40,249 nucleotides of DNA from Blastocystis sp. subtype 4 (lineage: Eukaryota): NCBI RefSeq assembly GCF_000743755.1, contig NW_014569479.1, positions 1 through 40,249 on the forward strand, given 5' to 3'. The stretch's first letter is position 1. Every line of letters begins with the position of its first letter. Shown here piece by piece: positions 27,740 to 37,230 of the stretch. Position numbers and translations under genes: made by a program. The notes beneath the pieces were generated by a model. It saw only the letters and a list, made by a program, of their open reading frames with translations, did not search any database and had not been told where the DNA came from.

Positions 27740-29064
27740 TTAGATGGTGTAAGATTCATCTCCTGTACCATGGACAATCAGTACCGAACTAGTAAAATAT
27801 CAATAAGATTCATTGGATACAACCCTTTTGTACAAGAAATGAAAGGATTATCATTGATCGCTTCCAAGAGTGCAAAATAGTGATAAGAAGCGAAGTATGC
27901 ATACTTAATATGCGAACCTCAAATAGGAAGAGAGACTTCTCTTGTACCATCAGAGGTTTGAGCAGAATAGGGATCTTGATCATCGGAATCTGGTGATTTC
28001 TTAATAGAAATAGAAGGAGTAAGATAAGTTGGAACTCCATGAACCCAGTTACAGCGAAAAGAACGCTTATAACCAGGTCGTTCAATATCAATACGTCCAT
28101 CTCCATGATACTGTCCTCCATCCCACATACCATGATAGAAGGTATAGTTATTATAGAACATTTCTCCATAACCCTTATAAACATTATTCCGAATTTCTCC
28201 TCCATAAACAGATCCCACATGAGAAAGAGACATTATAACTCTGTCCAACTGATTGTCGTTCCAATAACCTACAGCAACAGATCCATTCGCCATCAATTTC
28301 ACACCCATACCAACACGCTTATATTCTTTTAGTTTTCCGATAAACAAAGATCCATTATACTCCTCAATAGAATGACCTTCACGAAAACCATTTCGCCACT
28401 TGGAAATGATTTGATACTGCCCTTCCCGGCCATACATACCATCACTCATCATCCCATGTGAAAAGTTTCCATAAAAAGAAAATCCATTCACGAAATCAGA
28501 ATGTCCAGGACCATTCGGACTACTCTTCATCATGCCACCATAGTATGTCTTCTCAGGAAACTGAATCTTGCCAGGATACTTGGATTGAGTAGGAGAATTC
28601 ATCTCACCTTCATATGACCGTGTAATTGCACTCGTTAAACCATGCCGCTTATTGTAGGGACCACATTCACCAACAAAAAACATAAATGGAACTTTTGGAA
28701 CACTACTCAGTAACTCACCCACTTCGTATAGATAAGTCAACACACGGTTTTCCCAATCCGCCGGATTAAGAGATAATGCACATGTACGGAGACTACTTGC
28801 CGGAAACTGTTCCAGATTGCAAACGTTTTGATATTCCTTGATTTTGTTGAAGTCATCATCATCCAAAACTCGTCGCAACACCTGATCTCCTAGTAACAAC
28901 GAAGGAGCAGAAGGAGCCACGGAAAGAAACTGGTCATTCAGAATAGATTCAGGAAGTAACGATTTTCCAGAAGTTGAACTAATCAGAATGCCATTAACAG
29001 GATAATCGCACTTGTTGGAATATCCAACAAATAGGAGACAACCGTTATCAATGTGTAGTGACAC
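27740..29064 (-). CDS. MORN-repeat protein (further 5' exons up to ~29400 unresolved)
   Basis: Repeated YxGxWxxGxxxGxG-type units (YYGGMMKSSPNGPG, FIGKLKEYKRVGMG, YHGMWDGGQYHGDG). Introns 27904-27936 and ~27789-27820 extend the ORF to ...GDESYTI*. Confidence 0.7.
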
Positions 29065-29594
29065 AAAGTGATTTAACCCCTGAGAACGACCACTTATACT
29101 GAGTCGAACTTTATAAAACTTTGCGCAAACTCTACGGGTTGTTCATGTCATAAATAATGTACTGATTGTCAAGATCTGGTTCACAGGCAATAGAGGACGC
29201 ATCAGAGTCATACGCTCTTTTCCTGTTGGAAACGGATGGAGTGATAGAAGTAGGTATCATACCAGCCGCTATATACACAAGTGACCAAATGTAAATAAAC
29301 TAATATATCTAACTGAATAATTCAGTTAACGCACTTATAGAGTTGAATAGCTAAAGATTATCTGGAATCCCTGTAGAACCGTTTTCAGGTCCATATTTCC
29401 ATACTATATGGTTAACTGATCGCTATTGGTGATTATGGAACCCACGGAAATTCAGTATATTCAAGTTCAGAACTCATTATCAATATCCAATAGGTGGTGA
29501 AGTAATTGAACAGTTCATAGATAAAGAAACTCCGCGATAATCATTCGATAACGATTGCTTGTACTGAGCAATAGCTAAATCGTGTTGTCTAATA

Positions 29595-31585
29595 ATGTCA
29601 ATAGAATTAAATGATGAAATATCATTTTCACAATCCATTGCAATGACTGATACTCAGTCTGCTGTGGTTACAGAAATAGTCAGTAAAGAAAGTGAAACAG
29701 AAAAGGATGCATCTCAGGACAAACAGAAAGAGGGATATGACTTCAACACTTTAATTGAGAAATATGATCGAGAGACTGTGAGTAAGACGTTAAAGGAAGT
29801 TATTGTGTAAGAAATCTAATATTACGAGTAATCTTGATAGACTGATCAAATCCGAAATGGAAGCAAAGAAATCCTCATCTGTTCAAATATTAAAGAGAGT
29901 TATTATCAATAGACTACACAACTCCTCTTTCCTTCGCTTAAAGCTCGAATCCCTGAATATTTGTTTCAATTGATGAACGAATATGAACAAGAAAATGGTT
30001 TCTTGTTGTATTTACGTTTTATATAGATTGTCAATCCAAAACGGTCTCAACTGTGTCTCCGATGGATCCAACTCCACAAAAAGAGTGTCCTGATATGTCT
30101 ATCTACAACGGTATTGTCTGATTTGGTGAGTGAAGTATAGATCTTATGAATGAGTTTTCACAACAACTGAAGAGAAATTCTGGATCTCCATCCAGTGATA
30201 ACCTAACAACTCGAAGTGTTCATGACATTGCTACTCGAGTTAAGAAGATCATTGGAATCTCAGATGTTCATCCAAGGTTATCTGTATCTGAGCAGTCATC
30301 TCATTCTCAACGACTTTCTTTCTCTCCTATTTCGGATGGAACCATCTCAGCTACCCGGTTAACCCTATCAGAAGATACTCAATCAATGATGCTTGACTAT
30401 CGATCTATCCTCAATGGGTCTAGTACCTTGGTTTCGTTGAAGAAACATGTCGTCCAGAAGAATGATTCAGCTGACAGCACTCCAAAATCCCTAGAAATGG
30501 AATCGTGTAAGAATAATGAGGATACTGTGAAGACTTCCGACATTGCTCCCGCAGAAAGTCAAATCATGAATGAAGACACAGAAGGCAAGTTAGTAGAAGG
30601 GTCTGTAAAGAAGGAGTCTCAACCAACAGAAGATACAGAGGTTACTCAATCTTCACAGTCTGCTGATCACCAGATACCAACATCAGAGACATCGCAGAGT
30701 CAAGAAGTTAAGATGGCAGTATCTCCAGTTACACGTTCCCAATCGAAACGAGTTTCTCAACCGGATCAAGAGCCATCTCACACACTCCGAAGTCATCGAA
30801 GTCCAAAATCAAAGGGAGATGAAAGTGAGACCCATGGAAAGTCATGTTTGGATATAGTAATGAATTGATACGTAGTAGCAAGAGAAGGACAGATGTCTGA
30901 GAATGAACGTAATGATGTTGGTTCATAATGATAGTATAGAACCTGTGAAATTACTTAGGAAAAGAGATACTGATGAACTAAATGGAATTGGATTTGTGGA
31001 TGGTTATGAGTTTGTAACCAATATTTTGAATGATCATGTTATTCCTTATGTAGTGTTGATTTGTGTTGTTAATGTATAGGAACTAGTAGAAGATGTACAT
31101 GATGTAAAAGAACTTCGAGATCGAATCCAGAACTCTGTAGGGATATGATATTCTCTTGAGAATAGACAATTACTTCGTGGAAAGAACTCGCAGAACCACT
31201 TAATCAACTTATTGATGCACTTGGTCAAAAGATTCGTTCTGTTGGAAAATATACATCAGATCAAATCGAGGAATTTGATACAAACCTTCAGACTATAAAG
31301 GATTATATTGATAATGAGGCCGCTGAAGATGATTCAGAAAATGTGAGTGAAGAATCCTTCTCGTGAGTGATAAAGTGAGACATAAGAAATAGAGATTCGG
31401 AGAATATGGAGATAGAGAGGTTCGTGTATGTGAGTTGGTTGATGGATAGAAAGGATGCTATTGAGGAACGAAAGACTGATATTCAGTTACGACGATCAAA
31501 TAGGAAACGTAAGGGGAATCCACGCCTGGCAAACTATGAAGAGAGTGATGATACGCAATCTGGACAGAAGAAGAAGAAGTTATGA
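29595..31585 (+). CDS. Hypothetical low-complexity (S/E/K-rich) protein, basic C-terminus
   Basis: ORFs 29595 and 30146 and downstream exons are separated by ~30-nt GT-AG introns. It ends ...SGQKKKKL-TGA(31583-31585), with TGTTTGTT exactly 4 nt later. Exon structure is only partly resolved. Confidence 0.55.
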
Positions 31586-31589
31586 TACA

Positions 31590-31607
31590 TGTTTGTTCAA
31601 ATAAACA
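31590..31607. terminator. Back-to-back polyadenylation elements TGTTTGTT-CA-AATAAACA
   Basis: Imperfect inverted repeat between the 3' ends of two convergent genes. Confidence 0.75.
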
Positions 31608-31611
31608 GGGA

Positions 31612-33706
31612 AATGACGCTTCTTACCTTTGCCCTTCTTTTTCTTGTTCTTATTTGATCGATTAGGACTTTGAGGAGAAGCTTGGACGTTCGTTGAAGGA
31701 GCGTTATTGGTAGGCTTTTCTTCTTCGATAGGTTTTACTTCATCGACAGGCTTCTCTTCGTCAACAGGTTTCACCTCTTCAACAGGTTTTTCCTCAGGTT
31801 TCACTTCATCGACAGGCTTCTCTTCATCAACAGGCTTCACCTCTTCAATAGGCTTCTCCTCAGATTTCACTTCATCGACAGGCTTCACTTCATCCTCAAT
31901 AGGCTTCTCCTCAACAGGTTTCTCCTCAGCCTTCTCTTCCTCAATAGGCTTCTCTTCCTCTTCAATAGGTTTCACCTCTTCAATAGGCTTCTCCTCAACA
32001 GGTTTCACCTCTTCCTCAATTGGTTTCTCCTCAGTCTTCTCTTCCTCTTCAATAGGCTTTTCCTCCGGTTTCACTTCATCTTCAACAGGCTTGTCTTCCT
32101 CCTCTATAGGCTTCTCCTCTTCAATTGGTTTCTCCTCAGGCTTCACTTCCTCTTCAATAGGCTTCACTTCCTCTTCAATAGGCTTCACTTCCTCTTCAAT
32201 AGGCTTCACTTCCTCTTCCACGGGCTTCTCTTCGTCAACAGGTTTCACTTCATTCTCCATAGGTTTCACCTCTTTCTCAATAGACTTTTCTTCAGGTTTC
32301 TCTTCTTCAACAGGTTTCACTTCATCCTCAATAGGCTTCTCCTCAACAGGTTTCACCTCTTCCTCAATTGGTTTCTCCTCAGCCTTCTCTTCCTCTTCAA
32401 TAGGTTTCACCTCTTCAATAGGCTTCTCCTCAGCCTTCTCTTCCTCAATAGGCTTCACTTCTTCAACAGGCTTCACTTCCTCCTCTATAGGCTTCTCCTC
32501 AACAGGTTTCACCTCTTCCTCAATTGGTTTCTCCTCAGTCTTCTCTTCCTCTTCAATAGGTTTCACCTCTTCAATAGGTTTCACCTCTTCAATAGGCTTC
32601 TCCTCAGCCTTCTCTTCCTCAATAGGCTTCACTTCATCAACAGGCTTCACTTCTTCAACAGGCTTCACTTCCTCCTCTATAGGCTTCTCCTCAACAGGTT
32701 TCACCTCTTCTTCAATTGGTTTCTCCTCAGTCTTCTCTTCCTCTTCAATAGGTTTCACCTCTTCAATAGGTTTTTCCTCAGGCTTCTCTTCTTCTTCAAC
32801 AGGCTTCACTTCATCCTCTATAGGCTTCTCCTCAACAGGTTTCACCTCTTCCTCAATAGGCATTTCCTCCTCAATGGGTTTCTCCTCTTCAATTGGTTTC
32901 ATTTCCTCGGACTTTACTTCCTCCTCAATGGGCTTCTCTTCTTCAACAGGCTTCACTTCCTTCTCAATAGGCTTTTCCTCAGGCTTCATTTCCTCTTTAA
33001 CAGGTTTCATTTCCTCCTCTATAGGCTTCTCCTCTTCTTCATGCTTCTCACTAACAGGAGATACAACCATACCCTCACGTTCCTTGAGGGAATTCTGAAT
33101 GCGATTATAGAATGAATTCCATTCTCCATCATGCTGATTTACATCCATGATATGGGACAATCCTGTCAAGATTGTCTTCTCTACAGGACTCACTTTATAA
33201 CTCGCACCCTCGAACTCAAAATTCTCAGAATACTCGCAATAGTTGTTCTTAGATACAACCTTACTCGAAATATCATACAAAAAGGCATCATAATCCTTTT
33301 CTTCTGTGAATTGATGAGCAATAAAGCGGAACTCAATATCATCATGAGAGAAACTAACAAACTTCGTAGACTTCGTTACATTGACTAACATCAAATAACA
33401 ATCAACTAATGCATCTGTTCGATAACACAGATGCTTTAAATTGTCATCCAGAAGATCTCGTAATTCCATAGGAACCTGAGATTCACTTACTATACCATTT
33501 TTGGTGACAGACACACACTGACTAATCGCCTTATCCAAAAAGGCACTCTGAAGCTTAGAATCAATTAATCTAAGCAACTTATTCTGTACATCTTCGGGTT
33601 TGACTAAATCAGATACATCCACTATTGATGATCTGATAGCCTCTAGTATTGGAAGAGATGTCTTAACAACAGAAGGTTCAGCAACTTTCGATGAACTACA
33701 ACCCAT
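31612..33706 (-). CDS. N-myristoylated/palmitoylated protein with long E/K/P/V/I repeat and polybasic tail
   Basis: Starts MGCSSSK at 33706; ~440 aa of EEKPIEE/VKPVEE repeats; tail KNKKKKGKGKKRH. The genomic stop is at 31580, but a poly(A)-completed UAA is predicted at 31612. Confidence 0.8.
31707..33040 (-). repeat. Degenerate coding tandem repeat (units of ~15-24 nt, with larger duplicated blocks)
   Basis: Recurrent units such as AATAGGCTTCACTTCCTCTTC on the plus strand, encoding (E)EE(V)KP(I/V) on the minus strand. Confidence 0.95.
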
Positions 33707-33793
33707 TTTGAACGTTTGAAAGGACAAATAGAATAATGGAGTTACATAATTTCACGAATACTTGTACTCCAAAAAAACAGATACACTGTCACA

Positions 33794-35604
33794 TTATTCT
33801 GTGTTATCATTACGAGTCGCATACAAAGCTTTCACACATTCCTTTCGAGAGGCAGTATGCTTCATTAGCATTTGGAGTAAATCACTCATTTCCTTCAAAG
33901 TCTTATCCTCCTCCTCATAGTTCAGAGCTCGTTCCAACTGTTCCTTTTCTTCACGAAGCCTCTTACACTCTTCTTCCAGTTCCTTTCCTTTCTCTCTCCA
34001 CTGTTGTACTTCTTCACTTTCTTGTGGTTGAACCTCATCCTTCTGCTGAAGAAGTGTGACTTGTTCCTCCAACTCCTTTACACGATCATCCAGAATCACT
34101 TCCATCTCTTCAGACTTTGATTCTTTAGGTAACTCTCCTTCCTTCGCCTCTTTCAGCTGCTCATCAAACAGTTGAATCTGTTCAACAAGATGTTGAATCT
34201 CCTCGTCACGAGACTGTATGGTAATCTTCAATCTCTGAATTTCGTCATCACGAGCATCAATTTCTTGCCGTAACGCCCTCTCCTCCTCTTTCAAATTCAG
34301 ATTAGTCTCTTTCAACTCATCACGATGTTCCATAACCTCATGCAATCTCAAATATACATCATTCACGGAATCACCATCAACACCGGCTGCTTCAGCAATC
34401 AATCGATATTTCTGACAACGCTTCTTCTCCTTAATATACCGACGTTCATTCATCAAAGCAGTGGCATATTTCTCATTCACAAGCTTCTTCAATGATTCAG
34501 GATCTTCAGGTAAATCTAACAATATGTCTTCTCCTGTTGCTCGATCATTTGCCACACGTCGCCATGAATTCTTTTCTGATCGTTCTGTTTCACTACTGGT
34601 TTTTACATCAGGTACAGCAATATTATACATCTCTCTCAACATCTGATTCTCGTAATGAATCTCATCCATCTTATCCTTCATGACTGTATACTCGTTCAAT
34701 ACTTCTTCCAGACGATGACTATAATCTTCAATGATACCTTTAATTGCATTCATTTGTTTGTATTCGATACTGTCTTCAGACAGATCAGACATCATTTGCT
34801 TCAACAACAATTTCAATTCCTCAGGTAACTCTGTTGTGTTTTCCACCTTCCTAGGTACTGAATTCTCCCTCGGATCTTCTTTGGGGTATTTGGAATTTGC
34901 ACGACGAGTTACTGTTACCAATGAGTCATCTGGAACCGATGCTGCTTCTACAGGATCTGGTTCCTGTGGATTTTGATCTGCATTTGGTGTAGTTTCCACT
35001 GACTCGGATCCTGCAACAGGCTTCGTTATAGCTTTAACTGGATTTTCATTCATTGTCTTGGATGAAGAATCTTTAGGAAGATCCTCTTCCTCCTTGTCCT
35101 TCACAGAGAAATGCTTGTCTAGTGACTCTCCAGTCACAGTAACCACTCGGACTTCAGAATTCTCTACACAGCCAACATCCTCTAACCTCTGCTTCATCTC
35201 AACTCGCTTTCCATCAATCTCGAGACAATATTCCAGCTCAGGTACTTCAAAGCCACTAGTCCGCATAACGTTAAGAACAAAAGTTAGAAGAACACTACAT
35301 CGATAGTTTAAACAGAATTGTTGCAGAAATGAGATCTTTCCAATCTTGATATTCAAAGGACTCAATCTATACACATTGATAGGATACACATACAACTGAA
35401 GCTTGTTGATGTCTGATGAACTCGTAATTTGGACCTTATTGACCAGGAGTTGAATTCTGTTGATCTCTAAACCAAACTCTTTCTACAACTAAGCAAGCAA
35501 TACATATCACCTACTGATGCAGCCTGCACAAGTTGATCATACGTTATCGGAATCTCAATATTCAGCTTTAAAGATCTATTCAAATATCGAAAGGTAATAT
35601 ACAT
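33794..35604 (-). CDS. Coiled-coil protein with possible N-terminal ubiquitin-like segments
   Basis: ATG 35604 (MYITFRYLNRSLKLNIEIPITYDQLVQAAS) is spliced through a ~32-nt intron into the 533-aa ORF. The C-terminal half is E/K/L/Q heptad-rich. LEIDGKRV...LEDVGCVENSEVRVV resembles a Ubl C-terminus. Confidence 0.7.
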
Positions 35605-35679
35605 TTCGCAAGATAGATAGAATTAACTGTACTCAAGTAAGTCTTCTATTCTGCGTATACGAAGTGTACCTCCCCTAAG

Positions 35680-36374
35680 ATGCTTCTCGTTGAGTTGTTT
35701 CTCCTTATCTTTGTCGTTGTCTCTTCCTCAAGCAAGCGTTTCTATTATTTTATATCTTGTTATTCTGTAGAATGTGGAACCTACATATCTCCATGCCAGA
35801 GTTATGTCAACAAAGTGTATCAGTTCATCGGACCTTCAGAAGGTCCTTCAACTCAACTTATTACTAATCTGAACTTCTATGCTAATGAAGTATGTATCAA
35901 GATTGCTAGTTCGTTTGTTACTCAGTATGATGTCATCCATTGATCTAATTGTAGTGCCAATCTCACAATAGATGACTCCAGTAATCTATGTGATGATGGT
36001 AGAGTTATTTTTGTGCTCTAACTCCAAGGATTTAGCTCCTATACGATTTCTTACGATCAGCTATTCTTTGTTGTTCACAGCATCACGTATATGAATTTAT
36101 TCAACATTACCTGCAATGCTACTGTAGAAGAAGAACGCCTCTATGACTTGCTGTAGAGATGTTTGCACTTGTTCAATGTAGAAATGGTGAACTCGAATGC
36201 CAGCAAGACGGAATTCCATTTTTCGATGTTTATAAAACGCACGTACCGTCAGTTCAACATTCCTGTGTATCTCTTACCGATATTGACTACTATGCGAATA
36301 GAAATGGAACACGGAATATTCGTCTTTCTGATAATGGTTGCACAGATATTCAGGAAGAAGAAAGTGAGTTATAG
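35680..36374 (+). CDS. Putative secreted Cys-containing hypothetical protein
   Basis: Hydrophobic N-terminus MLLVELFLLIFVVVSSSS; exon fragments linked by ~30-nt introns; TAG at 36374 followed by TGTTTGTC at 36397. Confidence 0.5.
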
Positions 36375-36449
36375 AACAGTCTTTTAGTCAATAGCGTGTT
36401 TGTCATCAAACGAATGGATAAAGGTAAAAGATAAACGGAAACAATACTC

Positions 36450-36668
36450 TCAGAAGGGGAGAAGCTCTCTATATGCAATATTCCACTTGTCTGTCATTCC
36501 AAGATAAATCACCAATGGTACATATCCATAGCGGAACAGCATCTAGAAGAATCAAACAAAACCAAAAACACTCACTTTCCCATACTTGAAACATGTAACT
36601 TTCAAATTGGCCCAGAAGCCCGCAGGTCTTGCCGGCACCATAGGCATGTCACCCATCGCCATCTGCAT
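36450..36668 (-). CDS. TOM7: Mitochondrial outer-membrane translocase subunit Tom7-like (61 aa; absent from ORF track)
   Basis: Exons 36668-36576 and 36542-36450 with a 33-nt GT-AG intron that contains an in-frame stop. Product: MQMAMGDMPMVPARPAGFWANLKVTCFKYGKMLFRYGYVPLVIYLGMTDKWNIAYRELLPF. RYGYVPLVIYLG matches the Tom7 signature (R/H)(W/Y)G(F/Y)IPLVIYLG. Confidence 0.75.
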
Positions 36669-36772
36669 TCTTAATTGATGGTTATCCGCAAAAAGAATGA
36701 AAATGGAAAGAACGGTTTTTTGACTCTTCTAGGGGAGATGAGAAATGGGGAATGGTTATCAGAATATTGTTC

Positions 36773-37181
36773 ATGAACGCTCTTGCTCGCGCTGCTTTGA
36801 AGGCTCCTGCCATGTCTCGCTCATTTGCCGCTGCCGCCAATCAGAAGTACTACATTCTGATGTGTAGGAGTTGGAGGGGTTGTTAATGGCTAGACGACTA
36901 CGTCGAGGGAATTCTTGAGAAGAGAACTCCTTTCCGTGCTGGTCATCTGGGTTTAGCTAAGGTATTCCCTTGTTAACCAAACTAACAAATAGGAGCTTCA
37001 TGCTAAGGGAACCATGTTCATGATTGGTGCCTATGCTAATCCTCCCGATGGTGCTACCTTTATCTTCAAGGGTGATTCTCCTGCCGTTTGTGATGAATGG
37101 CTGAAGCGCGATCCCTACCTTGCCAACAAGCTCGTCACCAACTACAGAATTCGTGAGTGGTGTGTAGTTCCTCTTGAATAA
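36773..37181 (+). CDS. YciI/YCII-family protein with predicted mitochondrial-type presequence (absent from ORF track)
   Basis: Introns 36864-36893 and 36962-36992 give MNALARAALKAPAMSRSFAAAANQKYYILMYDYVEGILEKRTPFRAGHLGLAKELHAKGTMFMIGAYANPPDGATFIFKGDSPAVCDEWLKRDPYLANKLVTNYRIREWCVVPLE. R..R..HL, GA....DG and DPY..N are YciI hallmarks. Confidence 0.85.
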
Positions 37182-37209
37182 TCAGCTGAATGACTGATCA
37201 ATTATGATC

Positions 37210-37227
37210 TGTTTGTTTGAACAAACA
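37210..37227. terminator. Perfect inverted pair of polyadenylation elements TGTTTGTT-TG-AACAAACA
   Basis: 8-bp perfect inverted repeat with a 2-nt spacer between the YciI and NOM1 3' ends. Confidence 0.8.
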
Positions 37228-37230
37228 ACA

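Noticed and set aside
31707..33040. Possible CRISPR array or satellite
   Set aside because: There is no constant repeat with unique spacers. Units are in-frame codon repeats within a eukaryotic CDS.
31707..33098. 463-aa plus-strand ORF of GFSSS/GFTSS repeats
   Set aside because: It is the antisense shadow of the EEKP repeat, whose codons give no stops on the opposite strand. It lacks an ATG start and is nearly coextensive with the repeat.
36364..36507. Possible extra exons making the secreted gene overlap the Tom7-like CDS in antisense
   Set aside because: Splicing is formally possible, but TAG 36374 followed by a TGTTTGTC element at 36397 is the simpler end.
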